Shown here one piece after another: positions 36,859 through 51,046 of a DNA stretch of 64,000 nt; the first letter of the stretch is position 1; each line of letters opens with the position of its first letter. This stretch comes from Octopus sinensis (Eukaryota). Below the pieces are notes generated by a model, which had not been told where the DNA came from, ran no database searches, and saw only the letters and a list, made by a program, of their open reading frames with translations. The stretch is taken from assembly GCF_006345805.1 (NCBI RefSeq), contig NC_043001.1, positions 31,248,001 through 31,312,000 of the forward strand, read 5' to 3'. The translations under genes were made by a program, and so were the position numbers.

Positions 36859-38352
36859 TGTTGTATATTTTATATTTATGAACAAAATTCTCTAAGATTT
36901 TCATCAAATATGGCAGTACTTCTCAGAATTCTTTATAGAATAAATTAGCGCCTCAGGTTGTGACCCTTTAGGGCGATGGAAAATTATATGTGGACACTGG
37001 AGACACAGGATTGGTAAGATGCAATAAATGCATTTATACAATTTTAGTCTTTGTCTCCTATTTCAATATTAACTTTAAAATCAAAATTAGTGTAAAAATT
37101 GTGATAAATAGCTTGTTTGCGACAATCGCAACAACAACAGTAACAATAACCTCAATAACTATATGCAATAATAACCGAATTTCAAATGTAAATACGTTAA
37201 TAAACAAAACTGAATATATACCACCTATGCATGAATATTACAAATAAGAAACTGAAGCATAAAAAGCATTGTCAAAATTTCCGGCTATTTCCATAAATGC
37301 AATAAAGGCGGCCACCGCACCTGTTGCTTGAGGTAAAGTCCTGACTTGGATGTGCATGTATATACATAAATACATATTTGAACGTTGTTGATTCTAACTA
37401 TGAATGCCATCTGTTAATCTCATAATCAGCCACATGTAGAAGCGGTCATGTGCACGTGGACAGAAAATACACCGGAATATTATAATAAATTTCAGCCGAT
37501 AAATACGAGGGTCTATATGAAACCGAAGGAACACGCACCTGCATTTTGGCCGAATCTATGTCCTTCAGGTTGAGTCAATAACTAAAGTTAAATATGTGTC
37601 AAATATCTGCTTATAGTAGAATGGTATTGTGGTTAAGTAATCACACGCTTCAAACTATTGCCCGGAAGTAAATCGTTCTAACTTGGTATTATTAAAAATG
37701 ATTATTAAAAATGTATGTGGATAGTGTTGAATGGTAACAAGGGGGCGTCGAAAAAGTGTTATTTAAAAAAAGATGCGATAATTAATAAAGCTTGTTGTGG
37801 AACGGTGGAATAAGGTGCGGACAGGGAGACGAATTAAGTACTGTACAAAATTTGGGAACTGCACTATATTCTAAATTCACACATTCTAAGTTCAAATCCC
37901 GCTGATGTCGACACCATTTTTCACTCGTTCAAACTTAGTAAAATAAACAACAGCAATATTCTGAAATAAATCGATCGATCAATATTTACCCCCATATCCC
38001 TGTGAAACTGGCTTTACGACTAGTCAAAAGAGATTATTATTTCAATCCAAACGTAACATCAAATGCTAGTATTCAATACTGCAATTCAATAGCGGTGAAT
38101 TCTGTTAATGATGTTGGTCGTGGCACACACATTAAATCATAGGGTATAAAATCCAAGAACGTTATATAATAATGTTTTAGCATCAGTATACGCTTTAGAT
38201 GTATGCATTGGTGGGGGTGGAACACTGTGTAATATATTTGACTTGTGTATTATTAACAAATATTTAGCGATAATATTTAAATTTATGTTTGTTTTAAATT
38301 AGAGATGTATTTATTAATGGGTAATATGTGTGTGTGTGTACATTTAGGTATA

Positions 38353-38388
<36 letters not shown>

Positions 38389-39189
38389 CATGTGAGTTTC
38401 AAATAAGCGATATATTTATTGATGGGATGGGCATTAGATGGTGAGGCTAGTTAAGATATGTTGTTAATAATACGTGGTTATGTACATCTCAGTTTATCCA
38501 CTGTAATTTCAGAGAGCCAGTAAAGACTCTCTGAATAACAACCAAATCTTCCTCGAATTGTACCTAAATATTTTTAAAAGGGCGTTTTGAATAAGATGAT
38601 CCTAAGTGGACAGTGTTTTATTAAAAAAAAACGGCACGGTGAACACGGATGGAACATCTTCCATTATGGCGCCTACCCACTTTGACCTGAGCTAAACAGC
38701 CACAGAAACAACTCAGCTGATCCTTCTTTTTCTTTTTCTCTTCCTACAAAGATACTCTATATAGAACTAGGTTCGTGGTTCACGAAAAGCCAATAGATAC
38801 ATTATTCTGGAGTATAGTATGGCAAGGAAACAAATCACTGCTAACGCAACTGCAACACCACACGCGCGCACGAGCGCGCGCATTTAAATTATTAACGTTA
38901 ATTACGTAATTATATAAATGATATTTATATTCCAAGAATCAGCTGTCGAAATCTGTTGAATTATGAATCACATATAAGATGTGGTTTTATTCTAAATGTG
39001 TTGCTTTTAAATATAGTTTGAGTAGATTCTGTGTATATCCATGCCAAGTTTATTCCATCAATATTTATTGCATTACGTATAAGAGATTAAACGATATGTT
39101 AATAATTGAACTCTTAAATACCGTGGATATATTCTTATCACATTTTATACCTTGACTCACAACATAAACACACACACACACACACACAC

Positions 39190-39600
39190 ATTATCTTTTA
39201 CTTAAGTCATTAGATTGCGGCCATGCTGGGGCACCGCCCTGAAGAACTGTTAGTCGAATGGATCGACTTCGGTCCTTATTTATTTTTAAGCCTGGTACTT
39301 TATTCCATCGGTCTCTTTTTGAAACCGATAGAATATGTACCGGCCTCTTTTTGCTAAATTACGGGGACGTAAACACACCAACACCTGTTATCAAACGACG
39401 GTGAGGGAAAAACACAAAGACACACACACGTGTGTGTGTGTATATAATATATATATATATATACATTGACGGGCTTCTTTCAGTTTCTGTCTACTGACAA
39501 GGTTTTTTTCGGCTTGAGGCTATAGTAGAAGACACTTGTCCAGGGGGACACGCAGTGGAACTCAGCCTTCAGCCATGTTGTTGGGAAGTAAGCTTCTTAA
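39190..39600 (-). mobile_element. Older copy of the microsatellite-containing SINE
   Basis: Runs from agtcattagattgcggccatgctggggcaccgcc to gaggctatagtagaagacacttg. Confidence 0.75.
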
Positions 39601-40164
39601 AACTGCTAGGCCTGAATATTTCTATCCTCTTGATTGATGATTGGGAGCCTTAGATCCATCCTAGTTGTTGCATCGTTATACTCTCTTTAGATTGAATAGA
39701 ATCGAAGGGTCCTGAATTCTGTTCTGATTCGATCTACTGTTGAGACTACTCCTTTGGCCTTCGCTGCTTCGTACTCACATACAAACAATAAGAGCTTATG
39801 CTCAGAGCTATCCTTCCAACTCGTTTTACTACCTTTTGAGGATGCCAAGCCCAGACCACCAGCTTAGTTATACCACCGGTATAGCTGCGAACACATTAGT
39901 GCCCTCTGCTTTGACAAAAGCTAAAGGGTGACTCATTCCCTGTTGTCTTATAGCATATCTTATAGCATACTATAGGATTTCTAAGCCTTGGCTTATTGCT
40001 AGATAATCCTTAATTTTTACAACTATTACTTTTGTCTCAATGGGTTTCTAGCAATCCTCGTCGACAAGCCAGTATGGTGGGGAAAATAGTTTAGTCAGCC
40101 ACACTCCGGGGTATGCCACATGTTGTACCGAGTTACATGTTACCAGCAGTACCAATGAGTAACC

Positions 40165-40213
<49 letters not shown>

Positions 40214-41187
40214 CACATATATATGTATGTATGTATATTTCATCGTGTCAAACCGTTAATCCCGACATTTCCGCTTTTTTTTTACCTCTCATACCTTTCT
40301 GTCGCCTCGAAACGTCAAAGTCTTTTCCATTCTTCCTGAGCGTCCAACTAATACACCTGTTTGTTGTTCCGTTACCTATCTTTGTCTCTTGTTTTCTGTA
40401 CATTTGAACCGTGTGTGTGTATGTGTGTGAAAGAGAGTGTGGAAGCGCGTGACCTTGTAATTAGGCTGTTCGACTCACAAGCATAATTCAATTCTTGGAT
40501 CGTGCAACGCACTGTGAAATTCAAGAAACTTCATTTCACATTGTTCCAGCTCATTTGTACCAACCGAGTTTTTGTGCAGCTCTTTTTTCCTTCCAGTCCC
40601 CACATCCTGGATGTGCCACTGGGTCAAGTGGTGGAGGAGAGTCGAAGGAGTATCTGTGTCTGCTCGTGACTACATAGGAACTTAAAATTATTAGCGAACG
40701 TATGTTAAAAACAAGCCATATTCTTTCGCAGCTAACGGTTCTCACTTTACGCACGCACGCACACACACACACAAACACACAACAAAAAATCAAAAGCAAT
40801 GGTGAAAATCGTTTATTTATAAAAACTCTTCGAATATTCCTAAATACATGAAATGCAGCAATAACAATAGCACACGGATTGTGTTGTTGTTATTGCTGTT
40901 ATTGGCTAGCGCTAGAGATTCAATGTTTTTCATTTGATTTTCTTAACAAAATTCGAAGACTTTTTATATCTGTATAGAAAAAGAAAGGAATATCTCCATT
41001 ATTTTTCTTTAATATTAATATACTACACTAGACACTACCAAGAACTTTTATTCCTGTATAACATGTATAAGTAGCTTGCAATACTTAATGAATCTAGGAA
41101 GCACATCGATGTCTTGTATCAACGAAAAATCAGCTTGTTAGAATCAAACATTGTTCACATTATTGAATACAGTTTATAAGTTATAAC

Positions 41188-41720
41188 TTATCATCATCAT
41201 CATTGTTCGACCGTGGTCGAGACAATGGAATTTACTATGCTACGCCAGACTTCACGGTCCATCATAGCATTAGGGAGGTCCTGTTGCTGGATGCCTGTAT
41301 CCCTGGAGATTACATGAGGGTAGGAGAGTGTGCGTCCTCTGGTATTGCGAGTAGATGGCTTCCAGAGGAGAAGAGGAGAAATTGTCTCGTTTTCAGCTCT
41401 ACAGCAATGTCCAGCAAATTGGTCTCTCCTACCTTTCACAAGAGATGATACAGGTGGTAGTTTTCCATATATTTGTATTTTGGTTGGATGACGCTTCCAC
41501 GAGAGATTTTGAGCTCTCATAAGGAGGCGAGTGTAAGTTCCATCCAACCGCCTCTCAAGCTTCTTTGATAAAGTCCCGGTTTCTGAGCCATATAGTAGAA
41601 TTATTTCGACTGTGGCTTTGAAGATTTTAACTTATAAGCTATAAGACCCAACTGAAACTCTAACGTATCTCACAAACTCGGCTCGCAGGGAACTTACCTC
41701 TACTTAACACTGTTGCGCAT
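41188..41720 (-). mobile_element. RTE-clade LINE 3' end with (TGA)n tail
   Basis: ORF 41200-41547 reads DGTYTRLLMRAQNLSWKRH...RRDQFAGHCCR...AMMDREVWRSIV, with a tgatgatgatga tail. Confidence 0.85.
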
Positions 41721-44189
41721 ACATATCCATGCGTCTACGTCTTATGTTATACATGCAATCTGATGTTCACTTCTTCATCAATTCTGACAGATTATAATGC
41801 AAAGAGTAAAGTATAATGTGAAGAAGATTAAATTGAGTTGTTTACTGATAATACGGATTGAAATCATATTTCTAAAAACAACCGAGATAAAGTACCAAAA
41901 ACATATATGGATATCAATGAATATAATATTTGCAAAGGAGAGTAAGGTACCCACGTCAAAACACTATGAACTAACAACAGCAGTTGCTTGTTCATGGAAC
42001 CACTTCGCTGGTTCTGTGCATGTGATGAGAATCTTAAATGGACCGGGGGCACAGTTTTGCATACACGACACCTTTAGAATATGGTTACAGTACTCGACAT
42101 ACAACAGACTAACTACAAGTTCTGCGAAAGTATTTCCCGATTATGGTGGAGGAGTGTAGATGCGGTAGTGTCTTTTACTTTAGAATATGTATTTTGTTAG
42201 ACTTGTATAATAATTACTAAAATCGTGTGATTCAGCTCATAAAATCTTAGATAACGTTTCTTTTTTTTCATTATTCCAAAGTTTGACTTATTAACTGCAT
42301 TATTCCTTTACATACTTAAAATTGGTTGAAGGAATGCACTCAAAAATCTTGAGTAGATGAAAAGTATCAAATATCTATTTACTACATGTAAAAAGTCAAA
42401 TTGCAAAGAAACCTTGATTTTATATCAACGTTCACTTGACGTAAAGTCCATTGACATGGGCTTCTATAACTATACATTAAAAAAATAGAAGCATCCCCAA
42501 TATTTTGCAAATCTATTTCCAATCCTAACAGACATATATCGGTAGGTATAAACTCCAGCTTAGCCACACGAGGGAAGGGTTTGTATGGTTTGAACTCGAA
42601 CCTATAAGCTGCAAGTACTAATTTAATCATTCAGTTAGTTTGTCTCATCAGACATGAGTCGGTCATCTGTGGGGTTTTTTGCTTTCCATTTATTTTTGTT
42701 GGTGCAGGACCATTTCGTAAGTCTGTTATTCATTCTATAAAGTATCATTTTCATTTGATAATTTCGTCAATCAATGGTTGGCAGAATAAATAGCGAAGCT
42801 CTGCCAGCAGGATGTTAAAATATCTGAGACCACACAAACTGCAATGAATCTGTTGTAGTTACTTGACGTTGCTACCCACCGAGGCAAACGTTGCACCCGA
42901 TTAGAAAGAGCTTACCGTCCCAAATCGACCCCCCAGAAAGATAGGTTGTTCAGTTAAAAAACCAGATTACCATGTGAAGAAACTAAACATTTAAGTGTGT
43001 CATCAGTTAGCTTACACACTGCGTCCTTGTTGCATTTCCTCGTCTCGGGGAAGAAAATCTGTTTTTTTTTTTTGTTTATTTCTTATAAAAAGAAAAGAGT
43101 GTTATGTATTTCGTGCTGGTAGTTTGGTATATCAAGAAACCACAGACATAACGTACTCGCTGTTCAAAGTTGCTTGACACCATCCCTTCACTGATCCGGC
43201 GGGTTTTATGAAGTGGATGATCGATCGAGTATTCAATGCATTGGTTCTTTACGATGAGACAACCAATATTTATCAGTATCTAAAGAGAAGTTTCGCCCAT
43301 GCATCATTAGAATAGCAACGAAAATATCTCTCGCAGAGTTTTCTTTATGACAACATGAAGAATCTAATCTTCTGACGGAGAGATGATGTTTTCGCGATTG
43401 TGCAAATTAAGTTCAGTAAACTGATGTAGAAATAGTACGAAATTTACGATATAACAACTTAGAAGTAGATAGGGAAATGTATACTTGATAAATAAAAGTC
43501 AATAAATATGTCAGATGTCGCGAAGGTTTGATAAACGGCATAGTTTTACTGTCAGAAAACAACCCAATAAAACAAGCAAAAATAAATCATAACTCCTTTT
43601 TTTATTGTTCTGGTATCTTTCTTTTATATTGTTTTCTGTGAGTTTGGCACGATATACGTATCGATGACAATATCAAGTGATCCTCGTAAGTGCGTATTTT
43701 TATAGAGGGACATTATTCATAAGGCTTTCTCTCTTCCACTCTCTGTTTTTATGTACAGTAGGTTTTTCTTCCTACGTATACTTGAGCATGCGCGCGTGTC
43801 CATACACACACTCAATCACTCATCATGCACACAAACACACACACGTGTATCGCGTGTGCTATGTACGAAGTTTGATAGGATTCATCCTTCTGAAAGATAT
43901 TAACAAGAAATCGAGTTTCATAGTTGGAACCTAGAAAACTTCACAGTGTAGGAAGAATATTAGTGTATTTTGAGACGTATGAAGGAAATGGAATAAAGAC
44001 TAATGATGTTTCTTCACGAACATAACCACCGTTAAGGAAATGAATTTGCTGAAAATTAACACGCTTGTCTACTTTACCAGTAGTTCCTTCACCGTTTTAT
44101 CTACAATATATCAGACAAAACGAAATGTTTGTTAAAACTTATGCTGCTTTACTTATTAAATATCCTGAGAACGCTGATGAATGAGTAAT

Positions 44190-44595
44190 ATCCATTTCTT
44201 TACTACCTACAAGGGGCTAAACATAGAGTGGACAAACAAGGACAGAAAAAGAGTTTAAGTCGATTACATCGACCCCGGTGCGTAACTGGTACTTAATTTA
44301 TCGACCCCGAAAGGATGAAAGGCAAAGTCGACCTCGGCGGAATTTGAACTCACAACGTAACGGCAGACGAAATACCTATTTCTTTACTACCCACAAGGGG
44401 CTAAACACAGAGTGGACAAACAAGGACAGACAAAGAGATTAAGTCGATTACATCGACCCCAGTGCGTAACTGGTACTTAATTTATCGACCCCGGAAGGAT
44501 GAAAGGCAAAGTCAACCTCGACGGAATTTGAACTCAGAACGTAACGGCAGACGAAATACGGCTACGCATTTCGTCCGGCGTGCTAACGTTCATGA
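44190..44595 (-). mobile_element. Dimeric SINE (11713 family)
   Basis: Two tandem body units plus a partial head. Confidence 0.85.
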
Positions 44596-44972
44596 CTGAG
44601 TAATATCGAATAACTAACGGGAGGTCGGTGGTTTTTATCATACCACTGGGTCTATAGTGTACCTCAGTGATCAACTCACAGGGTTTAGTCAAACGAATCC
44701 ACTTCGATGCTTATTCTGTCTGTTACTTTTGCCGAGCTACTAAGCTACAGGGACGTAAACAAATCAAAATCGGTTGCCACGATGTCGAACAAACACACAA
44801 ACGTATGTGTGTGTATACGTGTACCTATACGACGGGCTTCAACACAGTTTCCGTCAACCAAATTCACTCACAAGTCGGCCTGAAACCATGTGGCTGCCAA
44901 GAGTTTCTGAGCCATAGCCATAATGTCTGCGCGGGGGGTGGGTTATACAATGATGTGCATACTCATTCTTAA

Positions 44973-45229
44973 CATATTCCGGCGAATTTGAGCGTGAACA
45001 TGCTAATCGCTTTTGTATTTCGTCTTCGGAGAACAACTTCTTCCTTCAGACAATGTGTATTGATAACATACTCGATTTAGATGTAGATGACTTCGAGACA
45101 CCAGTGTTTGGAAATTATTGTGTCTCTTCTGTCAAAGCTAACCGCGTCATACCGTCTGAAAGAAGCTGCTCTCCGAAAGCAAAATACAACAGCGATTAGC
45201 ATAGTCGCGTTCAAATCTACCCGAGTATG
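44973..45229. mobile_element. TTAA-flanked MITE with ~85-bp imperfect TIRs (piggyBac-like)
   Basis: TTAA at 44969-44972 and 45230-45233. The arms (cata.tc.gg..atttga.cg.gac.atgctaatcgct.ttgtattt) are mutual reverse complements. Confidence 0.65.
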
Positions 45230-45544
45230 TTAAAAAAGAATGAAAGGCAAAGTTGACTGCAGCGGGATTTGAACCCAGATATTAAAAAAGTTGATGCTTT
45301 GACGATTCTTCCAATCCACTGCCTTAATTATTTAACATCATCTAAAATTTCTTCCTTAAATAAAACAAAAAAAATTGTCTCATTAATATTATTTATTCCT
45401 AATTAAAAACGTAGGTGCACTGGCAGAAATCGTTGGGTAGCGGAAATAAAAAGACAAAAAAAAAGTTACCGCTTTTACGTTGAGTTCAAATTCCGTCGGA
45501 GTTGCCATTACCTTTCAGTTCTCTGAAATCGATGAAATAAGTAC

Positions 45545-45931
45545 CTATTTCTATTTCTTTATTACCCACAAGGGGCTAAACACAGGGCGGACAGACAAAG
45601 GGATTAAGTCGATTACATCAACCCCACTGCGTAACTGGTACTTTATTTATCGACCCCGAAAGGATGAAAGGCAAAGTCGACCTCGGCGGAATTTGAACTC
45701 AGAACGTAAAGACAGACGAAATACCTATTTCTTTACTACCCACAAGGGGCTAAACACAGAGAGGACAAACAAGGACAGACAAACGGATTAAGTCGATTAT
45801 ATCGACCCCAGTGCGTAACTGGCACTTATTTAATCGACCCCGAAAGGATGAAAGGCAAAGTCGACCTCGGCGGAATTTGAACTCAGGTCGACTTTGCTTT
45901 TCATCCTTTCGGGGTCGATTAAATAAGTACC
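45545..45931 (-). mobile_element. Dimeric SINE with an inverted 5' segment
   Basis: Two body units on the minus strand are followed by 47 bp of body in the opposite orientation (45885-45931). Confidence 0.8.
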
Positions 45932-46069
45932 TGACAAGTACTGAGACGATTTAATAGGCAATACCCTCTCCACAAAAATTCGTGAAATTATCATAATTTG
46001 AGAAATAAAAACGTATTTATTTAGTTATACACTTAAGGTGTTAAACTATCAGAAATTTATATTATGTAA

Positions 46070-46150
46070 CTAAAGGGCATGACTATCTTGACTAAAGGAC
46101 ATGACTATCTTGACTAAAGGACATATCTATCTTGACTAAAGGACATATCT
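46070..46150 (+). repeat. 22-bp minisatellite (ctaaaggacatgactatcttga) x ~3.7
   Basis: Unit starts at 46070, 46092, 46114 and 46136. Confidence 0.9.
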
Positions 46151-48429
46151 AATTACGTCCCTCAATACTCAGAGTTGATATATTCAAAATCGAGTTCGAT
46201 AAAAAAAATACACGATACAGTGAGGCACATCTAGTCAGCTATATCCTTCTTTCAACAAATTTGTGGTCTTGTAATTTGGTAAAATAAGCCAGTGTTGATT
46301 TATTTAACTCTGTAGGTAACTTGTCAGGTAAGATAACGTTAATCTACGAAGCTGAAGTAAATAAATTGCAAATGTGCTTATTTGTGACTCTCTAAATAAG
46401 ACATACTTTTGGATGGTTTAGTATCTATGCGTGTGTAAGAGAAAGAGAGAGAACTATAGAGAAAGAGAAAACTAAAGAGAGGGAGAGAGAGAAGAGAAAG
46501 AAGAGAGTGTGTACGTATAACTGTGCCTGATTAAGTACCTGTCATTGCACGCAGGTGCTACTTATAAGGTGTTGCTTATGAAATCCGATGTTTACGCTTT
46601 ATACGAGAAATTGGGTGATGGAGATAGTATCCCCTTCTTATGTAAAACTGAATACAACTGTCTGATTCCGTTTAATATTTCTGCTAGAATGAATTAATGT
46701 TTAAAACGTGTGATCATATCAACAGACACGCGTCGGATTCATAGAAACTGCTGAAAACAATATGTCTGCCAGTTGAGAGAAATATTCAATGTTATAAGAG
46801 AAGAGTATTTCTACAGTGTGTAGTTTTAAACGCTTCTAATACGTGCCAAGTGGTTTGTAATATCTCTCCGTACAAGCAATACTTGGAATGTATCTTTCAT
46901 CGTATCAGACTACAGTCGACACTGGATTTCTAATGAATCACTGAAAGAATTTTCATCAGTTTTTTTCTTCTCCTTTTTGCAAAGTGGACGTCATTTTCTT
47001 TTCATTCTATTTTGTAATTTTTTAAGACTAATTCTTTCTTTTCTTTTTTTTTTCTTCTCTAACTACATCTATGAATACTGCATTCGACACCTATCTTTTA
47101 ACAAGTGGTATTAGAATCTCAAACTTTATTGGTATTATAATTATACTTGGGTGCATACTAGCAAACAAATTTTATTCGACTCACACTTTGCTATCTGTTA
47201 TGGTCCGAACATCGATGTTAGGTTTCTTCAATTTGAGCTCTCTGGGGTTAAGCAATAGCAATAACTTTCCTTGTCGTAACACCAGTACACTCCCGAAATC
47301 ATTTACGTCAGAAAGTATATATCATTACCACAACCAGCATAGCCACAATACAAGTGTATCCTCTCTTTATTTACTCTTGAATAAGGGGTTAACTTAATTA
47401 CAACATCCTTCGATCTTATTCAATTTTTTTTTCCTTTAAAATACAATTATCTTTCTTCGTCCATTACAGCCTAGTATTTCAAATATTACAGCAGTCTGTC
47501 AACCAGAAATTCAATCGTCCTCATTGAATTATCAATAACCATTTGCTATACTTGTTCATCTCGCTTTGACCGTGCTGTAAAGAACTGGTAGGTAACAGAA
47601 CAAGGCCTATTGATAAACGCGAGAACGTAGATGTCTCATCCTATCCGTAATAGATTGTACTTCTTCAGACATATCCATACAAATACATTGGACATCTGCA
47701 AGTCTACAAACATATCTAAATGGTTCTTAAACAACTGCCGAGGTAAATAGTAGCAATCTTCAGTAAACAGTTACAATCTTCCATATACTTCGCCGTCTAA
47801 TGCTATTTCGAAAAGAGCAATAAACAGTCTAGACAATGAATAAATGATAGTTTGAAACTATATATGAATAGGGACGATTGTGTGTGTATGTGTGTCGTTT
47901 TTTAGTGTGTGTGCGTGTATGAGCATGTGTGTGTCGAAACTGAACTCATACCTATTACTCAGTGAATATCTTTAATTAAGGCAGTTGAGCTGGCAGAATC
48001 GTTAACACGCCGGGTAAAAAGCTGAGCAGCATTTCGTCCGTCTTTACGTTCTGAGTTCAAGTTCCGCCAGGGTTGACTTTGCCTTTCATCCTTCCGAGGT
48101 CGGTAAACTAAGTACTATTTGAGCACTGGAGTCAATGTAATCGACTTAACCCCTTCCCCAAACTTGCTAGCCTTGTGCCAAAATTTGAAATCAATCTTAT
48201 AGCTTTAACAATTTCCAAATGTCGTCTCGTCTCTTTTTGCTGAAACATTAAGGTTTTGAAACTGCCCAAAAGCCATTAAAATTAACATGTTTTAGCATGT
48301 TTGACAAACATGCTAAAAATAGTTGTCAAATCTCCCTCAAATCTAGGTTTTAAATCAAGAATATCATCCCAGGTATATAGGAAAAACCTGGAACGTCTTT
48401 ATTTATTGGTTCGATTATAGCTGGAGTGA

Positions 48430-48935
48430 GTGAGTCTAAACAACAACGTCCAACAGAAAGAAGCAAAGTTCAAAAGTTTAAAGCAGTGTTTGCTATCTGC
48501 CACGTGAAATCTGCAGAGCCGCAGCACGGTAGTGGCAGACAGCATTCTGGACGCGTTGAAGAGGAGACTGGAACTCTACCTATGACTCTGTTGTTGTCCT
48601 CAACAACCTGCTGGAGAACAATAGGGGAGCTGTCCACGGCTGAAGTTGCAGACCTTCGCTGATTTCGATGTCAGCTTCCTGACGGAGAACGCCCAGGTGA
48701 TGTCTAATGTTGCCAAGGCCTTGGATAAAATCCAGGGTGAGGACCAGGCCTACCATGGGAGCCTTCTGCCAACTTTAGCAGCTACCGTCATGAAGTTGAT
48801 GGAGGCCAAGTTCAATCATATGTACTGCAGTTCTCTGATAGACGCAATACTGGCAGGCATCACGAAAAGGTCTGGACTCCTCGTGGAAGACCTGGATTAA
48901 CAGCTGGCCGCTGCCTTCCACCCCCAAATTTTGCC
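48430..48935 (+). pseudogene. hAT-superfamily transposase remnant
   Basis: Reads NLQSRSTVVADSILDALKRRL, then after a frameshift FLTENAQVMSNVAKALDKIQGEDQAY.GSLLPTL...YCSSLIDAILAGITKR...*QLAAAFHP. This matches the hAT catalytic-region pattern AL(D/K)xLQG...A.ALHP. Confidence 0.8.
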
Positions 48936-50991
48936 TGCTATTATACTGCTCCGAGTAATTTCATTCTCCCATCATATCTCATCATTTGTAAATACAGAGG
49001 AAAATGGGAGACAGGATGTGTGATTGTTTCTAATATAAGCGCAAGGTCAGACATTGGGGATTAGTGGATTAGTCGATTGAATCAACATCAGCATATGACT
49101 GACATTATTTTATCGATCCAGGAGTAGAGTTGTAAACATAATACCGAGGATGAATAATAAAGACTGAGTAATGAAAGACGAAACCTTCCCGGATGTGCTA
49201 TACTTTATCCTTCAGGAAAGTCGAAAAATCGAATCTGGCAATAGGATGTAGGGATGGACGGAACTAAAAACTTTAATGCCTTTTAGCTTGATGATCCAGA
49301 GTTTCTGATCGTTTACCACCTTCACTCTATAACTGTATGAAGAAGTCGGAAATAAAGTGTTGTGTATGAATACATGTATTGTTTGCTTATATGAATGAAT
49401 CAGAACGGAAATATTGCCTAGATGCATTTGTCTCCAGGGCTTCTTAGTCTAATGTAATCATCTTTCTAAGACAGACGGTGTGTAAGTTGTAAGAGCATTA
49501 AGAAAGCGCAAATCTCAGCCAAGGCAACACCAACGTCCTCTCAACGATTAGCCAGAGATGATTTTTAAAATGAGAATATCTGAAATAAACTCGACTGCTC
49601 TCACAAACGAGAGTACTAAAAATGACCCTGACCGCTCTCAAAAGTTAAGTAAAAAAAAAAAAAACGGAAAATAATCCAGAATCTTGACCGGTACCGGATC
49701 GATCCCAAAATCTAATCAGTTCGTGCCAGTCACGAGGCCTAACATTCCTGAAAGTTTCATCCGCTTAAGAAAGTTTCATTGAAGAGTTTCTTAAGCCAAT
49801 GATTCTTAACTATTTATGTTCTATAACACCACTAAAGTTATGGAAAGCGCTCACACTTGGCAGCCACTAACACAAAAATGTTGTATACTTGCAGTCTATA
49901 GGTCTGCCAGTCGCTTCGTTTTATGGGTCAGCTGTAACGCAGCTACCACTCTTAACGCATTGCGTTAATGTCCGTCGAGGTTATCATTTGCCTTTCATTC
50001 TTCCATAAGTACCAGTAATAAACTGGATTCCAGTCAGTCACTGTGCTCAGCGTTTACAAACTCAGTTATGAGTCTATTCACGCAAAATCAATAATTTTGA
50101 CTTCCCTAAATTATCTGCTAACACCGCACTCCAATCATTTTCAAATGCCGTTCAAGAGTTTGGACCTGGAGATCTCCATTTCCAGCGACTTCGAAGGCCA
50201 CCTCCCAGTGGTGTCGGGCGTCAACGAAGAGCCCTCGACTACAACAAGACGACCAAAGTTTTTTTTTCCAAGGTCTGGGGTCTCCCGCCCCTAAGCCCTA
50301 GACCATCACCTAATCACCCTTACCCGTCTTGTTGCTTAACAACAACAACCATTTTCAAAGAACATCTTGTATGATGCTCTCCTTCCTGATTATATACGCA
50401 TTGATCCAATTAAACCTTTTTGGTTCTGACTTTGGTCGAGCACAGCAGCAATATTTTGCAGCGTTTAGTGCCGTCGCTGCAATTCGAAGTGCAAAAATCT
50501 GCTTCAATAAACTCAGTCCAAGTGGAAGCTAGAACGATGATGATGATAATGATGTTCCACCGAAATTAACTTCGTTTTTTATCCTTCCAGAGCCGATAAA
50601 GATACATATTTATCAGAAGCATAGTGGCCCCATTCAGACGACTGATGTTCAAGGTTTACAAAAACAGGACTTCAGTCTGTTCAGTAGACGAAAGATTGCA
50701 ATTTGCTCTGTCAATATTTATATTTTGTTTAATAATATCCATAGTGATGTATCAGTCTACTTAGTTCTTGATATTTGATCAACACTAGTCGTCGGCAAAC
50801 GCGTGCGCGCGCGCGTGTGTGTACGTGCGCGATCTGAATATGTTGATAAAATGCAAAAATAAGGCGTGTAGTGAAACAAAAACAAAAACAGGAAATTTCA
50901 CTACAATGTGACATTAATGTTAATGCATTATAAAGATCTAATACGGTGATAAACATTGCCTCCACACATTCACTACTAATGTGCGATCTTT

Positions 50992-51046
<55 letters not shown>

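Noticed and set aside
47071-47397. 108-aa ORF in unique sequence
   Set aside because: It has no recognisable domain, no convincing splice context and low-complexity composition, so I cannot support it as an exon.
50329-50532. Short ORF in repeat-poor sequence as a candidate exon
   Set aside because: No frame gave a recognisable protein motif. It would need BLASTX or RNA-seq to support.
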